This document shows positions 14,113-26,305 of a stretch of DNA of 64,000 bases, in pieces (position 1 is the first letter of the stretch; every line of letters starts with the position of its first letter). The translations under genes and the position numbers were made by a program. The notes under the pieces were generated by a model, which made no database searches, had not been told where the DNA came from, and saw only the letters and a program-made list of their open reading frames with translations. This DNA comes from Octopus sinensis (Eukaryota), in the NCBI RefSeq assembly GCF_006345805.1, contig NC_043007.1, positions 67,828,001 to 67,892,000 on the forward strand, in the 5' to 3' direction.

Positions 14113-14302
14113 TCGTTGGCGATTTTCTTTCTCTGTCTTCCCTTCCTTGGAATTTTCAATCTTTCTATATTTCTGACGAAGAGCTCCGCTCGAAACGTTA
14201 AATCCTCCTTCTTTCTTTCCTTTCCTGAGCGTCCAATAACACTATATTTGTTCCACGTCTTCAGGTTGTTGAGTTTTTTCTTTGTTCATGTTTGGATTAA
14301 CT
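14113..14302 (+). ncRNA. Penelope-type short repeat with minimal type I hammerhead motif (core 14173-14199)
   Basis: ATTT-CTGACGA-A-GAGC(TCC)GCTC-GAAA-C-GTT-AAAT; palindromic AACGTT at stem III; (TA)n on both sides; homologues at 56160-56312 and 57190-57390. Confidence 0.7.
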
Positions 14303-14327
14303 ATATATATATCTATATATATATATA

Positions 14328-14840
14328 TCTATATATATAAAACTGTAGTTGTGTGAGTGTCTGTCCCCTTCGATTTAGATTCCTAACTACTCCCACATTT
14401 TGCGGTGCAGTTTAACCAAATTCGGGTATCTTATAGTCATGATTCATATCGAGCCCGTCTGAGTATTAGCGCGCGTCTACGATGAGTCTACGATTTTAAA
14501 AATAATTTAACATCATTTTTTATTCCATTTTAATGCATAATTTTTCGTGTATCGATGGCGGCGGAGTTGGCGTCCATGGTCACACCTGCACCTGCTTGCT
14601 TCTCCTCCTTCTTCCCTCCCTCGTGAAGCTGTGGGGAAGGGAGTGTAAGGAAATCAACGTCGTAAAGCGTTGTCAAGGAGACCAGCGTTCTTTTAGAACA
14701 ACGACTTCATGACTTGAAGACACCAAAACAGAAATGGCTAAGAAAGCCTGAATTGGCGTCTATAAGGGAAGTAACTCTCTAAAAATGCTTATATAGTTAT
14801 TTCCCTTACAAACCCGAGCAACGCCGGGCGATACTGCTAG
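14328..14840 (+). mobile_element. Non-autonomous Helitron
   Basis: A|TCTATATATATAAAAC 5' end; 3' hairpin CCCG-AGCAACGC-CGGG then CTAG|T; inserted between A and T without TSD. Confidence 0.8.
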
Positions 14841-15517
14841 TATATATATACAGAGAAAGAAAAAAGAATAACACCATATTTCTTTTATTAAATCATGTCT
14901 TTGTATGACTTCAGGTCAGCCTTGATGCTATGATCAAATGAGAACATGATTATCAACGTGAGCATCCCGTCTTTTTTGTAAAACCACTGTCGTAGATTTT
15001 GCTGTGGAAGCAGAACGTAAATTAGGTGACGCTCATGTTCCATACAGAGGTTTTAGATAAACTATTATGAACGTCCACTCGAAATTGTCTCATGGGTTTT
15101 GCTCGTTAAAAGCCTAAATCTTCCCACTCTTTGCCTGTCTGCCTATATGTCTCTCTCTCTTTCACGAATACTTATATACACACGAACATACAAGGCTCAC
15201 TAATTTCTTTTATAAATGTATGTAAGTGTGTATGTGTGTGTGTGTGTTCATGATATATCAGTGAAACCGTTTGGCACAAGAACTCATTATAGAATATCAA
15301 AAGATACAACATCGTTTGTTTACATCATTACATCAAGGCAATATAAGATTGATATGTCTTCTACTCAATGTATAATAAACACATTAAACAGAATCATGTG
15401 ATATATGCTAGACCTCAAAAGTTGATTAGGCCATCTTTGTAGTTTTCTGAAAAGATCCCGTCCATCTCTCCATTTCTCGCTGCTCTCTAAATACACCTAC
15501 ACAAGCGTGTGTACAAG

Positions 15518-15557
<40 letters not shown>

Positions 15558-16254
15558 ATTATATATATATGTATGTGTGTATGCATGTGTGAATGTATGT
15601 ATATATATATATATGTATGTGTGTATGCATGTGTGAATGTATGTATATATATATATATTATATATATATATATACATATATACGAGTATATATGTATGCG
15701 TGCGTGTGGTGTGTATGTATATATGTGCATATATATATATGTGAGTTTATATATACGTTCACATTTATACACGTACGCATACAGCAGCCATAAGATGTCC
15801 TGAGATGCAGGCAAAAAATGATGAGTTATTGGGCGAAAGAATTTTCTTAGAAGATGATAATTGTCGCCTGCATGCTGTACTTCTACTTATTGACGAGAAT
15901 GTAGATATCATTATTAGCGTCGTCTGATCCGGTTTATTTTGAACCAACTTAAAGCATCATCATGATTTGAAATATCTAAGAATTTGTTTAAAACACGTCA
16001 AGTGAAAACTATTTCATTGAGTTTGATATATTTTGTCTTACTCTACTTCTCCATATTCTCATCATTTCATAAACCTGCCCGAGAAAAGACAAGAGCTTTT
16101 CATTTACAGATATTGCTTAAATATTGTATCGTCAACCTATATGTTTCATATCGTAAAGGAGGAAAGAACCTATATGTCATGAAGTTTATTGTTATGAAGA
16201 GTGATGTTTTTGTTGCTATTGATGTTGTAATTGTTATAGTAGTTGTTGTCCTTA

Positions 16255-16303
<49 letters not shown>

Positions 16304-16322
16304 TAATAATAATAATAATAAT

Positions 16323-19300
16323 AACAATGTGACAACAGAAATGTGACAACAGAAATGAACGGACCGGTACCCTACGAAAATGACGACCGTCAAAATAATG
16401 GGCTGGACGTTGTTCCTCATGTCCCGCAAATAAAACCCAAAAGACATAAATGGACACGTGAGGAATACATTTCTATCCTACACGCTTACTTCACAGCAGT
16501 GCTCTACCCAAAAAATGAAAACACAACAACACATACATATAAAATATGGAAGGAAAATAACATAAATATAGATTTGGATACAGCAATGAACCCTAATAAA
16601 TTAGCAAACGTATGAAGATACATTCTCAACGCAAAAGAATATCAGAAATAGAAATAGAACATCTAAAAGAAAAAAATACATCAGGAAAATGTAGATAAAA
16701 GCCACACAAGAATGCCCAATAATATAAACACTGAAACAGTAAAACACGAAGACAAATATAACATTCCCAACAAACACGATGTAAACAAAAAACAACAACC
16801 CCCACACCGTAAGGATGCATAATAATACACGACAAACAGCAAGCCAAAACACGACAAACAAACATACGAACGTGAAAAAAAGTGACACAAATGTAAAACC
16901 TGGAAACAACGAAGGGAAGCCTAATGATTATGATACTATAAAAAGTAGAATAATCAAAGAACTGAAAAACACAGATCTCAAGATGGACCACCGACCATAC
17001 CTCCCAAAAATTAAAATAGACGAAACAACAACATCAATTATTAACAGCATAAACATAGCCGTCACGGAACTAATAGCCACTGAAACAAAAAGCGATATCA
17101 CTGAGCTAAATGACTTAGTATACGCAGCAGCCACTGCAGCCACAAAAGAAGCTGGATACTCACTCAAACCCATCCAAACAGGAGTACCACCACCCAAACA
17201 AACCCTGTGGATAAATAACATCCAAAACAAAATACTAAAAATGAGAAAAGATCTGTCGATTCTTAATGAAATCAGTAGACAATCAACGCTACTGAGCAAC
17301 AAAAAGAAAACAAAAATACTCCGCAAATACATCACAGAAAAAGATTTACCTGAGATAAAAGAAAAACTAAAGCAAGATATCCTTGCCAAAGCACAAAGGA
17401 TCCGCTGGTACGAGAAACGCCAGCGCTTCTTTGAACAAAACAAAAAGTTGAACTCCAACCCCCAAAAGTTCTACCAAGAACTTGGCAAAAATAAAATAGA
17501 AATCACTGCAGCACCAACGGCAGAAGAAGTGGAAGAATTCTGGAGAGAAATATGGTCGGCGAACGAACAACCAAAAAAAAGGAGTATTAAAACAACAAAC
17601 TCAGCATCTGAGCAACTTTGGATCCCCATAACAACTGAAGAGGTCACCCAGGCACTGCAAAGACTAAGCAACTGGAAGGCACCTGGGCATGACAAGATCC
17701 CCAACTTCTGGTTGAAATATCTAACAGGAATGCACAAAAAGCTGGCTGAAAACTTTAACAACATACTAGCAGAGCCAGAGACAATGCCAGAATGGCTCAC
17801 GAAGGGGAAAACCATCTTAATTCTCAAATCAAATGAGACAGCAAAACCAGAAAATTACAGATCAATAACCTGTCTCCCTACAATGTACAAGGCATTTACT
17901 GCAGTGATATCGCAAAGGTTGAACAAGCACCTGGACGAAAACAACCTGTTTCCAGAAGAGCAGAAAGGATGCCGCAAAGGCTCATATGGCTGTAAAGATC
18001 AACTAATGATTAATAAAGCCATAACTGAAGACAGCCACAGAAAGAAGAAAGGCCTCAGTATGGCCTGGATCAACTACAAAAAGGCGTTTGATAGCATCCC
18101 CCACACATGGATCCTCGAAACACTAGCCATTAACAAAGTAGCACCAACAATTATAAAATCCATAGGACACTCTATGAATAAATGGCAAACAGTGCTACAG
18201 CTCCAAACAAAAGAGAGACTCATGAAAACCAAAGCCATCCCCATAAGAAGAGGAATATTCCAGGGAGACACGCTCTCTCCACCCCTTTTCTGCTTGGCAC
18301 TGTCACCTCTATCTGATATGCTAAATAGAACTGGATGCGTATATAAAAGTTACGGCAAAACGATCAGCCACCTTTTATATATGGATGACTTAAAACTATA
18401 CGCTGCAAATGACAAACAGCTGGAAATACTATTAAAGACAGTTCATGGATTTACCAAAGAAATAGATATGAAATTTGGATTAGAAAAATGCGCCAAAGTA
18501 ACCCTGAAAAGAGGAAAACTAGTTAAGAGTAGCAACATCACACTAGATAAAACCAATGAAATAAAAGAATTAGACCAAAGCCAAACTTACAAATACTTAG
18601 GAATCTATGAACTAGATAAGACACAACACACACAAATGAAAGAGAAAATAAAAAAAGAATATTATAGACGAGTTAGATCAATACTAAAAACAGAGCTCAA
18701 TGCTAAAAACAAGATAATAGGTATTAACACTTTAGCTGTCCCAGTTATAAATTACAGCTACAATATCCTTAACTGGACACTAAATGAACTGACCAAAATA
18801 GATAGGAAAACAAGAAAAATAATGACAGGATCTAGGATGCATCACCCAAAATCTGATATAGAAAGACTATATATACAACATATAGAAGGTGGTAGAGGCC
18901 TTATACAGCTGGAAAACTACCATAAAATAATCACCATAGGACTGCAAAAATATCTACTTCAGAAGGAAGGAAACCTGATACAAATAGCGGCAAAACACGA
19001 GCAAAACAAAAAAACTGTTCTCAGTATTTAAGGAAGCTGACAAATACAAACAAGAAATCATACCACCTAACAAATATGAAGAAGAAGAAGAAGATGAAGA
19101 AACAACAAAAGCTATAAAACAAATGAAATCCAAACTAAAACTAGAACAGCAAAGAACCATGATAAAACGATGGCAAGAAAAGCCCCTTCATGGTAAATAC
19201 TGGACTAAACTAAATGCAAAAGAAATAGACAAAGAAAAATCTCAGCAATGGTTGAGAAGCTCAGGACTCAAAGCAGAGACAGAGGGATTTTTTATTGCAG

Positions 19301-20038
19301 CACAAGACCAAAGCCTCCTCACCAGAAATTACCAAAAACATGTAATGAAAAGAAATATAACAAGTAACTGCAGAATATGTGGAGATGGACAAGAAACGAT
19401 AAATCATATTATCTCTGGCTGCCCAGTCCTGGCTAAGAAGGAATATATTCACAGACATGACAGAGGTGGAACCTACATACACTGGAAGCTATGCCAACAT
19501 TATGGAATAACAACAGAAAAAAGATGGTATAGGCACACACCAGAAAAGGTCACAGAAAACGAGAAAGCAACCATACTCTGGGATATGCCAATACACACAG
19601 ATAGAGAAATTAAGGCCAACAGACCAGATATAGTTGTCAGAGATCATGAAGAAAAAAATGCTTTCTAATTGATGTATCAATACCAGCAGATGACAACGTG
19701 TCTCTAAAAGAAATTGGAGAAACTTTCAAAATACAAAGACCTGGAAATAGAGGTAACCAGAATGTGGAATCTAAAAACAGAAACAATCCCTATCATAGTA
19801 GGTGCATTAGGCATGATAAAAAATATTCAGACAAATACATAACAAAAACACCAGGACTTACAAACACATATAACATACAGAAAATTGCACTATTAGGCAC
19901 TGCACACATCCTACGCAGAACACTTTCCATACAATAACCATCAGAGCATCACAACAAATCACAGCACATACCCAAGGCACACAGAGCTGCGCTCGGTATT
20001 GAAGTGAAAGCACGCTATAAAAATAAAACTACTGAATG

Positions 20039-20039
<1 letters not shown>
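16323..20039 (+). mobile_element. Near full-length R4/Dong-clade non-LTR retrotransposon (Dong-B), disrupted
   Basis: 16343-16615 (KWTREEY), 16815-19031 (RT: QGDTLSP, YMDD), 19123-19668 (CRICG..HIISGC, RHD, RPDIVV), 19698-19937 (KIALLGTAHILRRTLSIQ*). (TAA)n at 16262-16322 and 20040-20071. Confidence 0.95.
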
Positions 20040-20071
<32 letters not shown>

Positions 20072-20315
20072 TTAGGGAGTATAACTCCAAACTTACAAGG
20101 AAAAATTCAGTTTAGTATTAAATCAAAGTTCACAATATAAATATATAATATATATAAATTAGAGAAAAACCACTATTATGTAATTCAAACAATGATAGAC
20201 GTAAATCATACCATATAGAAAAAAATAAAATATATGATAAAACTTTTATCTAAATCACATTATATATATATATATATAAATATATATATACAGACGTGCA
20301 CACACACATGTATAT

Positions 20316-20363
<48 letters not shown>

Positions 20364-20586
20364 TAATCAATATAGGGTGGCAAAAAAATTTTGTAGAATT
20401 TTTTTGCCACCAGCGGCCTAGTGGGAAAAAATTAAATAGTCATAGACCATTTTTAAGTTCAACATCACAATCAAGGAACGGCCATAATAGGCAATTCACC
20501 CACTAGAAATAACAGCCAAAAGCTTCAACCGCAAAATAACATCAATTCCGTAAACCAGGAGAAAATTAAAAAACATTTACCCTGTA

Positions 20587-20693
20587 ATTTCTTATACGAT
20601 GCACCGTTTCATCTACTGTTTAATGGTAAAATAACCTGATTAAATTAAATCAAGCCAATCTACCATAGGCCCTTAGATTCATCAGTAAGAAAT
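20587..20693 (-). ncRNA. Type I hammerhead ribozyme, left arm of palindrome
   Basis: ATTTCTTA-CTGATGA-ATCTA..TAGAT-GAAA-CG-GTGCAT-CG-TA|TAAGAAAT: intact core, 8-bp stem I, GUA cleavage triplet. Confidence 0.85.
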
Positions 20694-20919
20694 AGCCAAG
20701 TCGGAACAGATATTTTTCACGAGGCATTCCCGTCCCTGCCTCGGCAATATCTGACCTAAAATTTTCAAATCATCGCACTCGCGCCAAATTTATCGGCGGC
20801 TTATATTTATTTGCTGCCGATAAATTTGGCGCGAGTGCGATGATTTGAAAATTTTAGGTCAGATATTGCCGAGGCAGGGACGGGAATGCCTCGTGAAAAA
20901 TATCTGTTCCGACTTGGCT

Positions 20920-21024
20920 ATTTCTTACTGATGAATCTAAGGCCTATGGTAGATTGGCTTGATTTATTTAATCAGGTTAGTTTACCATTAAACAGTAGAT
21001 GAAACGGTGCATCGTATAAGAAAT
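20920..21024 (+). ncRNA. Type I hammerhead ribozyme, right arm of palindrome; predicted cleavage after A21016
   Basis: Stem I ATTTCTTA(20920-27)/TAAGAAAT(21017-24); CTGATGA 20928-34; stem II ATCTA/TAGAT with 19-bp extension; GAAA 21001-04; stem III CG/CG; GTA triplet. Confidence 0.88.
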
Positions 21025-21143
21025 TACAGGGTAAATGTTTTTTTAATTTTCTCCTGGTTTACGGAATTGATGTTATTTTGCGGTTGAAGCTTTTGGCTGT
21101 TAATTCTAGTGGGTGAATGGCCTATTATGGCCGTTCCTTGCTT

Positions 21144-21199
<56 letters not shown>

Positions 21200-21261
21200 C
21201 GTGTGTGTATAAGGCGGTACTCCATCATGGCCGCAGTCAAATGACTGAAAGACTAAAAGAA

Positions 21262-21300
<39 letters not shown>

Positions 21301-21304
21301 GTAT

Positions 21305-21351
<47 letters not shown>

Positions 21352-22084
21352 GAGAAAGAGAAATAATGATGCAAATAAACAAATAAAAGCGCTTGGACTA
21401 GATATATAAAATATATATACATATGTACATATAAATAGAGCAAAACAAAGACTGAACATATTCAGACGATGAACATTCACGTGTAAATACATAAATATTG
21501 ATATATTAACAGAGCAGTTTTTCACAGAGTCCAAAGACACAGAAAACTAAGCGGAGAGGGTATGGTATCACACGTCCGACAGCTGTTTCTGAGGGCTCGG
21601 GATTGCGTAATAATGTTGGAAGATGTAATTCATAAAGAGTCAAAAATATTCAAGACGGACGCCGGATTTACTGTAATGTTGATATGCATCCACTTCTGGT
21701 TGTATATTCTTGACTTCTTGCGAATTACATATGCTAACATTATTGTTTTGGTAAAGCTTCATATGATGTGTCAGTCCGCATCCTGACGCACATTCTTTTC
21801 CATAACACCTGCCAGTAGAGCTGTAAGATAACGATCAATTTACGTCCCTGTGTCTGTAGCTTCTCTGATGACTGGCAAGGGCTTCTTTACTTAGATACCT
21901 TCACACACTCGTTATATGTTAAATTGGGCTGTGCACCTACATATTCAGGTAAATTAACTCTCTTATATCTCTCTTGAGCTTTCCATGTTCGATATGGTTT
22001 CGTTCCAATTCCCTTTTCCCTTCTGGTATTCTTTGACTTATTTCCAAATAAGGCCATGCTGACTTATTTTGACTTATTTCTTTG

Positions 22085-22602
22085 ACTTATTTCCCGCTTT
22101 CCAAAAAGCTAAAAGTGAAACACTGGAAATGTGTAGCTTTTGGAAAGTGGTGAGGTACTGGGTAAAATTCTTAAAGATTCGCACTCTCTGATTCTTCTCC
22201 ATGGATCACAAAAAACAAAAAAAAATTCAAAATGTAAAAAATGAATTTGGTGTGGAGAGGGAGAAAATTAAAATATTGAGAACGTGTTTTGCGGGTGAAA
22301 TCCTAATGTCATGTATCGCAAACATAGGAATCGGAAGAAATTTAGAAAAAAAAAAAATAAGGCAATGGAGCGGAAATGTTACCCCGGACATGCTACAAAG
22401 AAAAGATAAAAGACAGGATTATTGGGAAAACTTTCTTTTAAGTTTATATCGAAGGTCATGTTTTTAAATACGCTCATCACAAATACAAATTACACAATAG
22501 AAAAAGATTATTTCAATTGGATGTGAGCTTTAAATTTGCTCTTGCACAATGCAAGAAATAACAATTCGCGCAGAAGTTTTACCTAGAGTGTGTGTGTGCA
22601 TA

Positions 22603-22620
<18 letters not shown>
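22085..22620. mobile_element. Fragments of a non-coding DNA-transposon-like repeat family, also at 23190-23400, 24225-24305 and 29708-30960
   Basis: Shared modules: AAAAAGCTAAAAGTGAAAC, TTTCACTTTCGT..TTTCACGCATGCGTAGAATTC, TTGAGGTCATTTT, GTATCAAAAGATTCAGTAA. Confidence 0.55.
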
Positions 22621-22642
<22 letters not shown>

Positions 22643-22846
22643 GAAGTTGTTTTATGGCATTATTTCATTTGAAGAAGCAAAGTTGTCAACTCGACATATA
22701 TGGGATCATACGATTGTTCGTTAATTTCCGTAAAGTTCTTTTAATTTCTTTATGCTTTGAAGAGAACAGAAATTTAAAGAGATGATAAAGCGACGTTTGC
22801 TTTGAAGTGTGAGGAGAAAGTGAAAGATGCACGTGTATATGAAATG

Positions 22847-22924
<78 letters not shown>

Positions 22925-23499
22925 TGAGAGAGTGAGTGAAGGTGTGTGTTGTGATGTATGAGTTTTTTGCATGTATGTGTTTTATTCACACACACTCTCT
23001 CTCTCTTTCTCAGACATTATCTTTCATATACACGTACATAAATAGGCGGAGGTAAAGACATCAGGTATGCATATTCTTTACCTTCGCCTATAAATACATA
23101 TGCATACATATTTTTTGTGCGTGAGAGAGAGAGAGAGAGAGAGCGACTGTATTTTCTCATAACTTATAGAGAAATGGATGTCTTTTAATGCAATTATTTT
23201 GGTTGTGGCTTATTTCAATACTTTATTTATGTGTACATTTTCATAAATGCTTGTCTGAGTCGAATTCTACGCATGCGTGAAACATCGGACGAAAGTGAAA
23301 CATCAGAAGCAAATTGAAATACTGTCCGAAAATGACCTCAAAATTGTGCGACCCGCGTAGTTGTCGAGGTTATTTTAGTTGTAAAACAGAGACAAAAGAT
23401 CGCCTAAGCGACTTTCTTTATTATAATACTGATGTGACTAATTCGGAGAAACATTACTTTCCTTATCCACTCATCGCCAGTCTCATAATCGAACGCTGT

Positions 23500-23636
23500 A
23501 ATTTTTTACATTATTTATATTTGAAGGATATTTGTCCACATCTTGTTTGTTGTTAACACAACGTTTCAGCTGATATACCCTCCAGCCTTGGGGAAATTTC
23601 GAACCTGAGTTCTCATTCCTAAGGTATTTTTCGATG

Positions 23637-23698
<62 letters not shown>

Positions 23699-23880
23699 TT
23701 TCAGGTCACTGCTTGGAATCGAACTCTTGGGGTTAGTAGTCCTCGCTCTTAACCACTAGGCTGGAGAGTATATTAGCCGAAACGTTGTGTTAACAATAAA
23801 CAAGATGAAGACAAATATCTGTCAAATGTAAATAATTTAAATAATGTACACAATTCCTCATCTCTTAAATATAGAACTGT
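23500..23880 (-). mobile_element. tRNA-headed element with (TAA)n spacer and partial hammerhead tail, plus an inverted copy of the tail
   Basis: Minus: TAGTGGTTAAGAGCG..GAGTTCGATTCC (B box), (TAA)n, then GGCTG..CAGCT-GAAACGTT-GTGTTAAC. The tail recurs inverted at 23758-23880. Confidence 0.7.
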
Positions 23881-24307
23881 AATTTTGGTTGAAATTGAAA
23901 GTGTGAAACTATTTTCAGTTTCTAATGAAACCTAGTCGTTGTAACTTTCAATATCTGCGCGTTTCACTACTGGGTGTGATGTGTGTGTGTATCAGTCGTC
24001 ACAAAAATGTATGCATACTGACAGGCAAACACCGTCACACACATATACTTATCAGTCATCAGCCTAACGTACGTAACGAACGCTCGAACTCATATAGAAA
24101 ATGTGAGGTCATCGTCGTTGTGGTGGCAGTGATAAAAGATGTCGTTTACAATAGGTGACTAAAACAATAATGATAATCTTAATTTTTGCAATGCAAATAA
24201 GTGAATGAAAATATAGTTTAGTTGGTAGTTAAAAGCTTACTGAATCTTTTGATACCCCATACGTTAAAAACGGCAACTCGGTTTGGAATGCATAAGGAAC
24301 ATACGCA

Positions 24308-24365
<58 letters not shown>

Positions 24366-24414
24366 TACTCACACACATACAAACTCTCTTATATATATAT
24401 ATATATATATATAG

Positions 24415-24727
24415 ATTAACCACATACAAATGTTTCAATTCTTGGCCATAATAAAATTATAAAAATCCATTGTTTTTTGGTCAAGAATCTCCTCAGTGTA
24501 ATTTCATATGTATATTAGGATTCACATAGGCAATAAAACTGAACTTAAATCTATATTATGGACAGAAAGTAAATTTCGAACGCAGTATGGCTGTGAAAAC
24601 AGCATAGAAAGATTAGGTAATTACCCTTAGGAGACGGGAAATGTTGCCAGCAGGTGACTACTGGGAGTCGAACCCCGTACCCCTCAAAAACCGGCTAAGT
24701 GCTCTAACCATTAAGCTAAACGGCCCC
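24415..24727 (-). mobile_element. tRNA-headed (SINE-like) element carrying a complete type I hammerhead motif at 24420-24502
   Basis: A box TAGCTTAATGG (24718-24708), B box GGTTCGACTCC (24674-24664); downstream ATTACA-CTGAGGA-GATTCTTGACCA..TGGCCAAGAATT-GAAA-C-ATTT-G-TA|TGTGGT. Confidence 0.75.
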
Positions 24728-26004
24728 TGTGCATGTATATATATGTTAATGCTAAAACTATTCTTAAGATAGCTTGTTAGAACTTATATATATATATGTG
24801 TATGTGTGTTTTCTAACTTATATATATTATCTAATATCCTAACACATACAAACACACATAGACGTATGCATATATATACAATTTGAGGGACCCATCGATA
24901 CAGAAATGCTTAAGTGGAATTCGTATGAAGAGAGGTTGTTGTGTTTTAATGAGACACATTTTTAATGAGTGACATTTTTCTCTCCTTCATCACAGACGCG
25001 AATGAATTTTGTTTTTACTTTTCTGCGAACTCCATCAAAAGCATTGCTAATATATAACATCAGCTGCAAATACACTGATTATGTAGATGGTTATGTGATA
25101 GTAGGCCGCTTGATGGCCTGTGATAAACTTGTGCTACAACGAGACATTAATCAGTAAATTGCGATTCGGTTTGGCGGCGGGAAAGAGAGAGGGAGGGTGA
25201 GAGTGAGAGAGAGAGAGCGAGAGAGAAAGAGAGAGAGAGGTATGGAATTAGAGAGAAAGAGAGATCTGAAATTACGCAGTGTGTAAAAATGTGATGAATG
25301 CTTTGTATCTGAAACGCTGAGAAGTACACCGAGTTCAATCCTGATTAGAGTTGATGGTTTTCGTGTAAAGAAGTACTAGCAATATGCTAGAATTAGTAGA
25401 GGAGAGTGACAGAATCAGGACCAATAATAATAATAATAATAATACGTCCTTCATATAATTGGCAATGTGTTCCAAACGAGATTTAGGAACTGTTGTTATT
25501 TTGTTCTGTGTTGTTGCTTAGCACTTGGCCAATTTTGATCAAACGAATCTATGATGAATAGATTTACAGCTACGGCAGTCATAGCTTTATTTTTTTATTC
25601 AGACATTGTACTATGCTATCCCGTGTGATGCCCGTTACCTGATATCGCAAAGTAATTTCTTGTCGCTGTACCGTATCAGGAAATAATATCAGCAGCAACA
25701 AGTATGGACATCATAGCGCTGTGCTGAGAGGAATTGTTTGAGGTTTGGATAATTCACCTCTGGAAACATGGGTGTTTCGTTCAACATCCTTAAACAAACT
25801 TTATTCAGGGACCATTTGAGCGGGATGGTCTACTCGACCCGAAGAAAATTCTAACTGGGCCCCACCTGCAAGGTCATGCGTTGTTAATCTTGATATTAGA
25901 TCTCCATGTCGCGTACATGTGGTTGTGATGCATGTGCCTGGTGTACCCTTATGTTCTCTGTGGAAGTGTAGTTGGGACGGTCAAAGGTTCGAATGGAGTC
26001 GAAG

Positions 26005-26305
26005 AACTGAGACAAAGAATTAAAAGAATTATTTCCAAATGTTTTTTTGGGAAGGATTGGGTTGTTGCACTAAAACAAAAGGATTACTGTAAAAGAAAAT
26101 GCAAGACCATTTGCGGCGATAGACCAGGTCAACCAAAAGCTGGAAAGACTGGAAAGTTTAGCTTTAATTGAGAAAACTGACCACTCATACTGGGCAGCAC
26201 CGACGGTTTATATATATATATATATATAAGAAAAATGGGAGGTGGAGTGAATAAGGTAAAATAAAATTACTTGCTTCCCCAAAAGGAAAAAACTAAAAGG
26301 GGAAA
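26005..26305 (+). mobile_element. Gypsy/Ty3 pol fragment (protease-RT junction), internally deleted, ending in polypurine tract
   Basis: ELKELFPNVF..EGLGCCTKTK..VKENARPF..DQVNQKLERLESLALIEKTDHSYWAAPTVYI..KKNG; PPT AAAAGGGGAAA immediately before TGT at 26306. Confidence 0.85.

Larger units (their letters stand above)
20464..21148. repeat. ~685-bp near-perfect palindrome (arms 20464-20800 and 20813-21148, 12-nt loop)
   Basis: Arms are reverse complements with only about 7 differences; (TA)n lies nearby on both sides. Confidence 0.97.

Noticed and set aside
21600-21960. Possible C2H2-like LINE C-terminus on the minus strand (LASHQRS, CASGCGLTHHMK)
   Set aside because: Fragmented by stops and frameshifts; too degenerate to assign.
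24650-24727. tRNA-like sequences (also 23701-23757, 43445-43515, 34782-34850)
   Set aside because: They have A/B boxes but no complete cloverleaf or acceptor stem and continue into repeat bodies; they are SINE heads, not tRNA genes.
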